Source: Armatimonadota bacterium (GTDB taxonomy: Bacteria; Armatimonadota; UBA5829; DSUL01). From it: a stretch of 64,000 bases of DNA. Positions within the stretch are counted from its first letter, which is position 1, and every line of letters starts with the position of its first letter. The notes below the pieces were generated by a model. It made no database searches, was not told the DNA's origin, and worked only from the letters and a program-made list of their open reading frames with translations. This document shows, piece after piece, positions 35,765 through 45,492 of this stretch. Location of the stretch: NCBI GenBank assembly GCA_039811685.1, contig JBDHZC010000005.1:72057-136056 (forward strand), read 5' to 3'. A program made the position numbers and the translations under genes.

Positions 35765-37291
35765 GTGGCTTTTCCGTATCGCGGTTATAATTTCACAGCC
35801 ATGAAAACACAAACTCAGATTTCCTCCGTCACAGAGCATGCTTGCGACGCTCTGATTGTCAATCTTTTTGAAGGCGTTACCACACCGGGCGGCGCGACAG
35901 GCGCGGTGGACAAGGCGCTCGGCGGCCTGATCAGCCAGCTTATCGCGCAGGAGAAGTTCGAGGGCAAGCTCGGAAAGACTCTGCTCATTCACTCGCAGGG
36001 GAAGATTCCCGCTGCTCGCGTTGTGCTGGTGGGACTGGGCAAATCGCAGGACTTCACGCTGGAAGCTGTGCGCAGAGCGTCCGCTGCCGCTATTCGCAAA
36101 GCCAGAGAAGCCCGTGCGGCCAGCGTGTCGTCCATCTCGCACGGGGCGCGCATCGGCGGGCTGGAGCCAGCCTCCGCCGCTCAGGCGACAGTGGAAGGCG
36201 CCCTGATCGCCAGCTATGAGTTCACCAAGTACAAGAGCAAGCCAGACAACGCCGCAATCGAGAGCTTCACCCTCATAAGCAACGATCCGGCTGAGGTTGA
36301 AAAGCTGGAACGGGGGGCGCGGAAGGGTCAGATCGTAGCGGAGGCTGTCAACGAAGCGCGCGACCTCATCAACACACCGGCAAGCGATGTGTATCCGGAG
36401 ATGCTTGCCGGGTATGCGGAGGCGCTGGCGCATGAGGCGGGCCTCGGCGCGCGGGTGCTGGACCGCGAGGAGTGCGAGCGCATGGGTATGGGCGCTTTTC
36501 TGGCGGTAGCCAAAGGCTCTGAGCGGCCCCCCAGATTCATCGTCCTGAAGCACACGGTCGAAGGTGCGAAAAAGACTGTCGCTATTGTCGGCAAGGGTGT
36601 TACATTCGACACCGGCGGCTACTGCATCAAGACGGCGGAATCCATGTTTACGATGAAGGATGATATGTCCGGGGCGGCGGCGGTGCTTGCGGCGATGCGG
36701 GCCGTCGGCAGGCTGAAGCCCGGCGTAAACGTCATGGGCATCGTGGCGGCCACGGAGAACATGATCAGCGGGTCAGCGTACCGTCCGGGCGATGTGGTGC
36801 GCGCGATGAACGGCAAGACCATCGAGATTGAGAACACGGACGCCGAGGGGCGCGTCACCCTCTCCGATGCGCTGTCCTACGCCGCTTCTGAAGGCGCGGA
36901 TGAGATTATTGATCTGGCTACGCTGACGGGCGCATGCGTGGTGGCTCTTGGAAGGCGCATCAGCGGGCTGTTCTGCAACAACGACGCTTTGAGAGCGCGG
37001 CTGATGGAGGCTTCCGATACCTCAGGGGATCTTCTCTGGGACATGCCGCTGCTTGCCGACTACTTCGAGCAGATTGAAAGCAAGGTCGCGGATATGAAGA
37101 ACACCGGCGGCCGGGAAGCCGGAGCGACGACCGCCGCGCTTCTGCTGCAGGAGTTTGTGGACGCTAAGCCCTGGGCGCACATTGACATCGCCGGTCCGGC
37201 ATTTGTGAGTAAGGACAACGGGCTGGTCTCCTACGGCGGGACGGGAGCGGGCGTGCGGCTGCTGATTGAGTATCTGACGCGAGGGCAGTAG
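35765..37291 (+). CDS. pepA: Leucyl aminopeptidase (M17 family)
   Basis: NTDAEGRL signature (ENTDAEGRVTLSD) and VGKGVTFDTGGY. Alternative start at ATG 35801. Confidence 0.8.
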   Translation: MAFPYRGYNFTAMKTQTQISSVTEHACDALIVNLFEGVTTPGGATGAVDKALGGLISQLIAQEKFEGKLGKTLLIHSQGKIPAARVVLVGLGKSQDFTLEAVRRASAAAIRKAREARAASVSSISHGARIGGLEPASAAQATVEGALIASYEFTKYKSKPDNAAIESFTLISNDPAEVEKLERGARKGQIVAEAVNEARDLINTPASDVYPEMLAGYAEALAHEAGLGARVLDREECERMGMGAFLAVAKGSERPPRFIVLKHTVEGAKKTVAIVGKGVTFDTGGYCIKTAESMFTMKDDMSGAAAVLAAMRAVGRLKPGVNVMGIVAATENMISGSAYRPGDVVRAMNGKTIEIENTDAEGRVTLSDALSYAASEGADEIIDLATLTGACVVALGRRISGLFCNNDALRARLMEASDTSGDLLWDMPLLADYFEQIESKVADMKNTGGREAGATTAALLLQEFVDAKPWAHIDIAGPAFVSKDNGLVSYGGTGAGVRLLIEYLTRGQ

Positions 37292-37295
37292 GCGC

Positions 37296-38147
37296 TTGCT
37301 GTGGGTTCTGCTGGCTCTGGCGGGTCTGATCGCCTATGCGCTTCTGATAGAGCCTTTCGCCGTGCGTCTGCGGAGGGTGACGATGTGGTGCCCGCGTCTG
37401 CCGGAGAGCTTCGACGGCTTTACCGTTCTTCAGATCAGCGATGTGCACATGGAGAAGATGGGGCTGCGGGAGCGCCGGGTCGCGCGTCTGATTCGCGGGC
37501 TGACGCCGGATGTCGTCGCCATCACAGGGGACCTTGCCGGGGACGGGCCTTCGGGGGAAGCCCTCGCTCAGATAGCGCTTGAGAGCCAGCCGCGCCTCGG
37601 CGTCTTTGCGATCTCCGGCAACTCCGATGTGCGCCATCCGGAGCAGTACCGCGAGGTGCAGGCGGCCATGCGCTCGCTTGGAGTGGTCTTTCTGGAGAAC
37701 GAACACCGGGCGCTGGAGCGCGGCGGAGAGAAGTTTGTGCTGGCCGGTGTCGAAGACCCACACACGGGGCTGGACGATCTGAACAAAGCTCTCGAAGGCG
37801 CGCCGCCGGGAGCTTTCATCTTTCTTCTTGCCCATGCGCCCTCCATCGCCATCCCCGCTATCGAAAAGGGCGTGGACTGCGTGATCAGCGGACACACGCA
37901 CGGCGGGCAGCTTGCGCTCCCCTTTTTGGGACCTCTCTTTACCCGCTCCGGGCACGGCAAAGCGCTCGCGGCGGGTCACGTTTACGGGCAGAAGCTGAAG
38001 GACGCGGTCGAGGTGGACCCTGGCGTAACCCAGATCTACGTCAGCCGGGGCATTGGCGCGAGCTTCCTGCCCGTGCGCTTTCTCAGCCCTCCGGAGGTGG
38101 CCATCTTCACCCTCCGCCGCGCTTCCGGCCCTCACCTGAAGACCTGA
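37296..38147 (+). CDS. Metallophosphoesterase (calcineurin-like)
   Basis: Motifs QISDVH, GDL, GNSD and GHTHGGQ. Confidence 0.7.
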   Translation: MLWVLLALAGLIAYALLIEPFAVRLRRVTMWCPRLPESFDGFTVLQISDVHMEKMGLRERRVARLIRGLTPDVVAITGDLAGDGPSGEALAQIALESQPRLGVFAISGNSDVRHPEQYREVQAAMRSLGVVFLENEHRALERGGEKFVLAGVEDPHTGLDDLNKALEGAPPGAFIFLLAHAPSIAIPAIEKGVDCVISGHTHGGQLALPFLGPLFTRSGHGKALAAGHVYGQKLKDAVEVDPGVTQIYVSRGIGASFLPVRFLSPPEVAIFTLRRASGPHLKT

Positions 38148-38234
38148 TGGAGCGCGCTCGCCGGAGCAAGGAGGCGCAGAACGGGTAACTTTTTCCGGAA
38201 TATCACAAAGCCTTCTTGACTCCCGCCCACCCGG

Positions 38235-38663
38235 ATGCTAGCGTATGTCTGCGGGCGCTACGCGCGTCCAGCCAGGGAGGACCGGCAGGTGTTCAGACGT
38301 CTGGCGTCAGTGGTCATTGCGCTGGCTGCCGCAGGAGTTCTTATTCTGAGGTCGGGTCAGAAGACGGCGCAGCCTTCTGGCTACGAGCTCGCACGTGAAA
38401 CGCCACCTGAGATTTCCATAGTCGCGGGCGAGCGAACCACTATTTTCGCGAATCTTTCGCTGGATGGCAGTCCTGTTGATGGGGCTACGTTCGACATCAC
38501 CATTAGCGGCGGCCGACAGCTTCCCCGCAACCACGACCCATCCACGATCGGCGCCGCCAAAGCCGCCACCCCGGGTGACGGGATCACGCTGCGCTCCGCC
38601 GGAAGCCCGGGGGTACCTGCCGGTGGCCACCGCGTCTTATCATCTAAAGTAGGACCTTCATGA
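38235..38663 (+). CDS. Hypothetical secreted protein
   Basis: Hydrophobic N-terminal segment. No recognisable domain. Confidence 0.25.
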   Translation: MLAYVCGRYARPAREDRQVFRRLASVVIALAAAGVLILRSGQKTAQPSGYELARETPPEISIVAGERTTIFANLSLDGSPVDGATFDITISGGRQLPRNHDPSTIGAAKAATPGDGITLRSAGSPGVPAGGHRVLSSKVGPS

Positions 38664-39187
38664 TGCAGCACGACACGCGCCCGCGACAGGAATACGCCGG
38701 CGGGTACCGCTTCTGGGGCGCAAGGACGTGGCTGCTGTACGCTGGCGGCTTGGCGGCTTACCTTATACTGTGGCTGCTCGGCCTTGCGCTCAAACCTGTG
38801 CCCCCTGTCTTTCCCGGGGCGCAGGTGACTGGCGGCCAGACCTCGGCCGCACCGCTGTTTTCGGCGCGGGTTACGCGGGATTTCGTGAGCCATGCGGATT
38901 TCGAGAAAGTTCTCGCGTGGTACCGGGTGGCGCTCCAAAGCACTTCCGCGTCACCCGTAAATGGGCTCTTCGTCGATACGGCAGGAAAAGCTGGCAGCCG
39001 TAGCGCTCGTCTCCTTCACCCTTCCTGGCGCGGAACCACCCAGGTGACGCTCCGCCAGGCGTCGCAGCAGACGCAGATACGCCTGGTCAGCTCGGGGCAG
39101 CCCCCGCCTTCGCCTATCGCCCTCATGGCTCTATTGTTTGGAGTGTGGGTGGCGCAGCGGCTGCGCCGGTTTCGGATAACGGAGTAG
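38660..39187 (+). CDS. Hypothetical membrane protein
   Basis: Two predicted TM segments. Start overlaps the upstream stop. Confidence 0.3.
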   Translation: MMQHDTRPRQEYAGGYRFWGARTWLLYAGGLAAYLILWLLGLALKPVPPVFPGAQVTGGQTSAAPLFSARVTRDFVSHADFEKVLAWYRVALQSTSASPVNGLFVDTAGKAGSRSARLLHPSWRGTTQVTLRQASQQTQIRLVSSGQPPPSPIALMALLFGVWVAQRLRRFRITE

Positions 39188-39420
39188 CCCTCCGCGTCAG
39201 ATAGCGCCCTACTTATTCCGCATGCTTCTTTCATCCAGCATCGATTTCATCTCTGTGCGACTACCCATGATACAATTCGGCTGCTTGACGCGGTGCAGAG
39301 GCTGCACTAGAATAAGCATCCCAATACGGGCGCGCTTCGTGCTGGAGCGCTAACAATGCTGTTTCCGGGAGCGGCGACCAGCGATGAAGCCGGTGAAAGA
39401 CAAAGGAGGACCTGACGACT

Positions 39421-40803
39421 ATGAGGCTGTCTACAGTATTTCGGCTGTTGGCGAAAGTGAGCTCAGCTTTATCTGCTGTGCTCATAGTAGCCTTCGCTAC
39501 CGGGCCGCTTGCGGCTGACTACGGCAATATTGTAGTCAACGGTGACTTTGAGAACGGACTGACAGGCTGGAATCTGGCCACCCCCACAAAACCAGCCTAC
39601 AACTACAACAATCCCCCGATCTCCCCACAGATATTCAGCGGTAACGGTCCTGTAAAGACCCAAACCTATCAGGGGACGTTTGGAGACCCGGTCAATACCA
39701 TTCCGGCAGCCTACAACAATCACTCCATCGGGTGGTTTCGCTCGGGACCGCCCGCTGACAACTACGGAACGCTACCGGGCGGCTTTCTCTACAACTTCGT
39801 TTATCAGAACATCTTCGTAACGCCCGGCGTCGAGTACACCATTGAAAGCGCCAACTGGCAAGCCTCGGCCTGGAACACCTACGACGACTCGAAAAACAGC
39901 ATCAACGAGATCGCTGCGATGCTGCTGATCCGTATGGATTCGCAGCTCGATACTCCCTACGACCCGAACGATCCGTCCACCTACAGCTTCCGGAGCACCT
40001 GCTGGAATCTGGCGTCGCTCGGAAACTGGGTTCCAAAGCAGTTGACGCCGGGGTCTAAGTTCACCAGTACAACTGGGCGCGTCCAGATTCAGGTTCACTT
40101 TCAGGACGGCTACTACGACCGGGACTACGGGGACGCCTACACCAACGTGATGATGGACGACCTCTACATCGGGCTGGACAAGCCGCTTGTCGCTCCGCCG
40201 ACAGTTGCGTCTATCGCTGAGGCTAAGTCCAATCCCGATAGCAGCACGTTCAACATCGCCAATGACGCTGTGGTTACCCTTGCGGGGCAGGGCTTCTTCT
40301 ACGCCCAGGACCCGGACGGCACAGCGGGTATCCACGTGAACTCGAGCGCCACTGTCGCCGTTGGAGACACGGTCAAGCTGGATGGCGTGACGATCGTCAC
40401 GAACCCGGACGGTGAACGTCAGCTTAACGTTCTGACAGCCACGGTCACGGGCACAGGGACCACCAAAGTCCGAAAGACCACTAACAGAACGATTGACGGC
40501 AATGGCTATCCGGACGGTGAGATCCCGCTCAACCAGGGGCTGCTCATGAAGACCTCGGGCCGCGTGATGGACTCGCAGGTGGACCAAGACGGTAACCCGG
40601 TCCTGTTCATTGACGATGGCTCAGGTGTGGACGGCGGCAATACGCTCGGGCTGAACGGACTGCGCGTGATTGGCGACGGTACGGTGGATCTGTTTACGAA
40701 CTACATCTTCACGGGTGTCGTCTCATCGGTTCGCGTGGATGGCAGGATCATCCGGGTCCTGCGCCTGCGCGGACCCTCAGATATCGTGCGCGCCGACCTG
40801 TAG
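39421..40803 (+). CDS. Secreted protein with N-terminal CBM_4_9-like domain (no PEP-CTERM)
   Basis: Signal peptide, then NGDFENGLTGW jelly-roll-type motif. First ~250 aa paralogous to 40948..41775. Confidence 0.55.
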   Translation: MRLSTVFRLLAKVSSALSAVLIVAFATGPLAADYGNIVVNGDFENGLTGWNLATPTKPAYNYNNPPISPQIFSGNGPVKTQTYQGTFGDPVNTIPAAYNNHSIGWFRSGPPADNYGTLPGGFLYNFVYQNIFVTPGVEYTIESANWQASAWNTYDDSKNSINEIAAMLLIRMDSQLDTPYDPNDPSTYSFRSTCWNLASLGNWVPKQLTPGSKFTSTTGRVQIQVHFQDGYYDRDYGDAYTNVMMDDLYIGLDKPLVAPPTVASIAEAKSNPDSSTFNIANDAVVTLAGQGFFYAQDPDGTAGIHVNSSATVAVGDTVKLDGVTIVTNPDGERQLNVLTATVTGTGTTKVRKTTNRTIDGNGYPDGEIPLNQGLLMKTSGRVMDSQVDQDGNPVLFIDDGSGVDGGNTLGLNGLRVIGDGTVDLFTNYIFTGVVSSVRVDGRIIRVLRLRGPSDIVRADL

Positions 40804-40947
40804 AGAACTCTCTTCTACGGGTGGTAGTGGCCGGAGCGGGAAGCTCCGGCCCGCGCCGGAAACGGCAGGGAAGCTCTTACGAGCTGTGATACTGACATCA
40901 TCTACAGCTCACGCGGGACACAGCGGTCCCTTAGAAAGGACATAGTC

Positions 40948-41775
40948 ATGCGAGGTTCAGTGCTTTTGCGCCTCATAGCGCCACTGCCGGTTGTCTTGGC
41001 AATGGCCGCGCCGGCGTTGGCGGATTTTGGCAACGTCATAACAAACGGCGACTTTGAAAACGGTCTCACGGGCTGGTCTGTTGCCGGCCCCAGCAAGGCG
41101 GGGTATAACTACAACGATCCTGCACTGCCGCCACAGACCTATAGCGGAACGGGGCCGGTAGATCTGCGAACCTACCAGGGCACGTCCGGTGGTTCGGCCA
41201 GCGCGTTCACGTCTGCTTACAGCGGATCGTCTCTCGGCTGGTTCCGCACGGGTGACCCCAGCACCAACCACGGATCACTTCCCGGCGGATTCCTGTACAA
41301 CTATGTGTATCAGGACATTTACGTGACTCCGAACGTCGAATACACGATTGAATCAGCAACGTGGCAGGCGTCGGCGTGGAATGGCTACAACAACGCCAAG
41401 AACGATGCCAATGAGATCGCCGCGATGTTTCTCGTTCGCATCGATGGGCAGATTGATTCGATATACGATCCGAACGACTCGGCAACATTTGCGTTCCGCT
41501 CAACGTGCTGGAATTTGGCGTCACAGGGAAACTGGATATCCAAGAGCCTGGCGGCGAACTCGAAGTTCACCAGCACCACAGGCCGCGTGCAGGTGCAGCT
41601 TCACTTCCAGGACGGGTTCTACGACAGGACTTATACGGGCGAAAACACGGACGTAGGATTCGATAATCTCTATATCGGACTCAACAGACCCGTTGTGCCG
41701 GAGCCTTCAAGTGCATTAGCGCTGTTTGGTGGCCTTGTTGGCCTGGCGCCCTTGGTGAGGCGCAAACAGAGCTAG
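40948..41775 (+). CDS. PEP-CTERM protein with CBM_4_9-like domain
   Basis: Paralog of 39421..40803 N-terminal domain. C-terminal VVPEPSSALALFGGLVGLAPLVRRKQS. Confidence 0.65.
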   Translation: MRGSVLLRLIAPLPVVLAMAAPALADFGNVITNGDFENGLTGWSVAGPSKAGYNYNDPALPPQTYSGTGPVDLRTYQGTSGGSASAFTSAYSGSSLGWFRTGDPSTNHGSLPGGFLYNYVYQDIYVTPNVEYTIESATWQASAWNGYNNAKNDANEIAAMFLVRIDGQIDSIYDPNDSATFAFRSTCWNLASQGNWISKSLAANSKFTSTTGRVQVQLHFQDGFYDRTYTGENTDVGFDNLYIGLNRPVVPEPSSALALFGGLVGLAPLVRRKQS

Positions 41776-41979
41776 ATCCGGTGACTGGCCGGAGCGCAAG
41801 GCGGGCGCGGGGGCTTCTCTCTATTGAGCCTCCGCGCCTTTCTTGTACGCTCGTCGCTAAGTCCGGGCGCCGGGAAACGTTCAAAGGCAAAGGAGATGGG
41901 CTCTCTTTCGGCAAATACGAGTGCGGCCTCCTATAGATTTTGGGTGATGGAGGCCGTTGCAAAGACCAGGAGGTAACCA

Positions 41980-43932
41980 ATGCGAAGAGTCACCGCAGCT
42001 ATAGTGGCGGGACTGACTATCTACGGGGCAACGACGGCCTGTAGCCAGGTGGTGATTAGCGGGCGCGTAAGGACAGCTTCCAGCCCGCAGTCCGCTGACC
42101 TGACACCGGTTGGCGGAATGTTTGTGTATGCCAGCCTGGACGGCTCCGGCAGCCAGTCCCTCGGGTCTCGCACCTGGGAAACAGAGCCGGGAGGATGGTA
42201 CAGAGTGTCGGGTAGCGCCGGGCGCTACAGCATGGTTTTTTCCAACCCCGGCGACGGGATTCGGCCTGCGATTCTCACGAACATCTTCACCAGAAAAGGA
42301 GACGATATTGACGTCAGCCCCCATCTCAATCTGGACTACGCTGTCCTGGAGTTCAAGGGCTGGGACACCAAAGCCGCCCACACCTACTACCAGCCGTTCA
42401 CCGCGCGTGGACGCAGCATAACACAGGTATCCTTTCGCCTGGCCACCGATGGCGTGGACGGGCAGGGTCCGGGCGGCCAGAACATGCTGCTGTCGATAGT
42501 GGAGGTCGGGCCTGGCAAACCGGATACATGGAAACAGACCGGCGCGACAATGCTCGTGCGCGACGTTGACACAGGCGGGGTAAAAAACTATGCCTACGGC
42601 GCCGGCTGGAACTCGGGCGAAGCTCCGACTGTTCCGGGGCGGCGGTACGCGGTGCGCCTGACAACAGAGAAATCTGATGGCAGCTTTCAGCCCTTCTGGA
42701 ACAAGGCTGCCTCCGGTAACGGCTGCTACAGGGAGGGCGGTGCGCCGGGGAGCACAGACGGGTGGACCGGCAATGACATGTGCATGGTGATCGGCAGCGA
42801 CTGTGACGGCCTTCTCATCCCCTACAACAAGCGCACCCTCAAGCCCTATCAGGACCTGGATGCGACACAGTCCGCGAGGAAATGGTCTCAGACCTATGTA
42901 GCGCAGGGTCGCAGCCTCGCCTCTGTTATCCTCTACTCCGCATGGAGCGGCGTTCAGCCGGGGCTATTCCGCCAGCGCGCGGCAGTGCGGGTTCGGGAAG
43001 GCGGACCAAACGGCCCTGTCGCCGGAGTGGAGAAAATCGCCACTGGCAATGGCATGCATACCGGAGACGCTTCCTGGGGAACATGCGGGGCCGTGTATTC
43101 ACCCGGGGAAGTCCCGCTCAAGCCCGGAAAGACTTACGCAATAGAGTTTGAAAGCATTGAAAATATCGAGTCCCTGCACGACTATGTGGACATTAAAGAT
43201 CATCCAACCGACGTGACACCCGCGTTCCACCCGTATGCCAAAGCCGCGCCCGACAGCTACCCGAAAGGGCGCGCCTACCAGGATGGCAAGCCAACTGACC
43301 TCGACCTGGATATGCAGATCATCGAATATGACAGAGATCTACCGCAGTGGAATCTGGCGGAGACGGGCCCGAATCTGATTGCGAATAGCTCTATGGACAG
43401 GGGAGCTCTCAGTGACGACGTTAAGGCTTTTGACGGATGGAGTCCTTTCCGCGTGAAGCCGGAGACGCAGCTTCAGGCTGTGGCGGACAAGTGGGACAAT
43501 GGCAACCGCCTGTTGCGCGTACGCGGCGGCGGCACACAGCGAAGAGTCAACGGAGGCATAGAGGGCAAAGCAGCGGACGGCGGCTTTGTCACCGAAGTAG
43601 CGAAGGTAGCTGGCTCGCAGACCTACCGCCTGAAGGGGCGTGTCCGCTCTTCGTGGCCGGTGGATGACAAGCACTGGCTGGCTGTCGGCATTGACCGCAC
43701 AGGGCAAACGGCAAATCCGGAGTCTTCGACAATTGAGTGGACCTATCTGCCACCCACGCACAGCCTCTGGACACCGTACCTTTCCGAGCCGGTGCGCCCG
43801 GCTGAGGGCAGTCTGAGCGTCTGGCTTCGAGGTTACTGTTCAGAAAAGAGCGGCTTTCCGTTCACTGCGGACTTCGACGATTTTGAGTTGAGACAGGTGC
43901 AGACCAGTGTCTCCGAGGCAAACTCCAGATAA
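41980..43932 (+). CDS. Large secreted hypothetical protein
   Basis: 650-aa ORF with signal peptide. No motif recognised. Confidence 0.45.
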   Translation: MRRVTAAIVAGLTIYGATTACSQVVISGRVRTASSPQSADLTPVGGMFVYASLDGSGSQSLGSRTWETEPGGWYRVSGSAGRYSMVFSNPGDGIRPAILTNIFTRKGDDIDVSPHLNLDYAVLEFKGWDTKAAHTYYQPFTARGRSITQVSFRLATDGVDGQGPGGQNMLLSIVEVGPGKPDTWKQTGATMLVRDVDTGGVKNYAYGAGWNSGEAPTVPGRRYAVRLTTEKSDGSFQPFWNKAASGNGCYREGGAPGSTDGWTGNDMCMVIGSDCDGLLIPYNKRTLKPYQDLDATQSARKWSQTYVAQGRSLASVILYSAWSGVQPGLFRQRAAVRVREGGPNGPVAGVEKIATGNGMHTGDASWGTCGAVYSPGEVPLKPGKTYAIEFESIENIESLHDYVDIKDHPTDVTPAFHPYAKAAPDSYPKGRAYQDGKPTDLDLDMQIIEYDRDLPQWNLAETGPNLIANSSMDRGALSDDVKAFDGWSPFRVKPETQLQAVADKWDNGNRLLRVRGGGTQRRVNGGIEGKAADGGFVTEVAKVAGSQTYRLKGRVRSSWPVDDKHWLAVGIDRTGQTANPESSTIEWTYLPPTHSLWTPYLSEPVRPAEGSLSVWLRGYCSEKSGFPFTADFDDFELRQVQTSVSEANSR

Positions 43933-43972
43933 CGGCTTGATCACCGCGACTTCTGAGCGGCCGTGAGATGAT

Positions 43973-43997
43973 GCGCGAGTGGAATATTCTCACGCGC
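43973..43997. terminator. Bidirectional terminator hairpin between convergent genes
   Basis: gcgcgagtg-gaatatt-ctcacgcgc (9-bp stem) between the + gene end at 43932 and the − gene end at 44021. Confidence 0.35.
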
Positions 43998-44020
43998 TGG
44001 CATGGGCGCGACAGCCGGGA

Positions 44021-44833
44021 CTACGGACAGGGAAACTCATCTGACGTGCCCGGCTGTCCGCGGAAGATGTAGCGGCCATCCGGGTACTTTCCATCGTTCC
44101 ACGTCACTCCGCCGGGCACAGTGCCCGCGTGGCCGTCCAGAAAGCTGACACACGCCCTGCCGTTGTGCCGGGTTGTTGAGGCGTCCGTGCCCTGAAAGCG
44201 TTCGTTGTTGATTTGAGTGCACGCAGGGTCGCTGCCTTCCTCGATCTTGCCAACCGCCTGATCTACCACGTGAACCACGGACGAAGGGTTGGCGAACATC
44301 GAGAGCTTCATGCCGGTAGTGCGCGCTTTCTCGTAGTCCGGCACGCGGCATCCGGCCCAGGTCGTATAGCCGTTCACGGCATAGGTCCACTTCAGATCTG
44401 TGCCAAACTGGTTTTTGTACCAGTTCTGGTACTTCGGCGGGCAGGATGGACACATCACCATTACTTTGGTAGTGAGATAGCGCGTAATCACACCATCAAA
44501 CTGACCGGTAGTGACATTTTCGTGGGTGACTGTGGTAAGGTGGAACGCCTGGAGGCCCGGAAGAGTCTCTTTGTAGTCACCCGCGTACATAAGAAACGCC
44601 TGTGTTATCTGGCGCACTGTCTGCAGACACTTCGTCTGCCGCGCGGTCTCTCTGGCGCGGGCAAACACAGGGAAAAGGATCGCTGCGAGAATGGCGATGA
44701 TGGCGATCACAACCAAAAGCTCGATTAGCGTGAATCCGCGCACTTCAGCAACAGGGCTGCGCCCGGTGAACAAGCGCCTGGCGTAGATCACGCGACCAGA
44801 ATCTTCATTGACCATTATCCCCTCACTCTCCAC
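44021..44833 (-). CDS. Prepilin-type N-terminal cleavage/methylation domain protein, DUF1559 (H-x9-DG) family
   Basis: GFTLIELLVVIAIIAILAAILFPVF pseudopilin N-terminus and C-terminal HNGRACVSFLDGH. The true start is probably internal to the called ORF. Confidence 0.65.
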   Translation of the reverse strand: MESEGIMVNEDSGRVIYARRLFTGRSPVAEVRGFTLIELLVVIAIIAILAAILFPVFARARETARQTKCLQTVRQITQAFLMYAGDYKETLPGLQAFHLTTVTHENVTTGQFDGVITRYLTTKVMVMCPSCPPKYQNWYKNQFGTDLKWTYAVNGYTTWAGCRVPDYEKARTTGMKLSMFANPSSVVHVVDQAVGKIEEGSDPACTQINNERFQGTDASTTRHNGRACVSFLDGHAGTVPGGVTWNDGKYPDGRYIFRGQPGTSDEFPCP

Positions 44834-44959
44834 TACATTGTTGAGTGATTATCAAAGTGGGAACTCCCGCTTGACCCATCAATGATACTCTGTTTATCTC
44901 CCAGACCTCAAGAACAACGCTGCCGCACGGTTTCCAGGACCCGTTGAAATCTTTGACAC

Positions 44960-45490
44960 TCAGATGATCTTGGCGATGTTGGAAAGCGAGCGCCCATCCA
45001 GCCGGGAGACATCGCGAATTTCGAAGCGGTTTCCGTGCATATCAATGAGGATTATGCGGTTATTTGGAAGGCGCACCACGTTGTCGCGCAGGTTTCTCAG
45101 GAAGAACTCACGCGGCCCCTTATCGGTTTCCACCATCAGGCGAAACAGGCCAAACTCCTCCTTCATAGAGCGCACGCGGCGAATACGCGCCGTAAAGTAG
45201 CGCTGCTCCAGTTCATCTTCCAGCAGTTTGCGCATCTCAATCGGAAGCTGGCGGATGTCTTTGAGCATTCCGATCTCCTGCTCCTGATGATCAAAGAAGG
45301 TGACGTAGAGGTACTTGTTGCTGAGTGGGAACGCCCGGCGCGCCTCAACCTGAAAATACGAGACATCCGGCAAACTCAAGGCCAGGTCATCCCCTACCTT
45401 GCGCAGGGTGACCTGTTGCGGGTCCAGGAAGTGAAGGTCCAGGTCAATAGGAGGCTGCGGGACCAGACTGTTCGTTACGCTCATACTCAT
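44960..45490 (-). CDS. DUF1854-like hypothetical protein
   Basis: 176 aa, immediately downstream of and overlapping the ABC transporter gene. Family assignment from memory. Confidence 0.4.
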   Translation of the reverse strand: MSMSVTNSLVPQPPIDLDLHFLDPQQVTLRKVGDDLALSLPDVSYFQVEARRAFPLSNKYLYVTFFDHQEQEIGMLKDIRQLPIEMRKLLEDELEQRYFTARIRRVRSMKEEFGLFRLMVETDKGPREFFLRNLRDNVVRLPNNRIILIDMHGNRFEIRDVSRLDGRSLSNIAKII

Positions 45491-45492
45491 CT

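Noticed and set aside
38210-38245. TTGACT…TAGCGT as a sigma70 promoter upstream of 38235
   Set aside because: The −10 match is poor and no TSS evidence is available; not reported as a feature.
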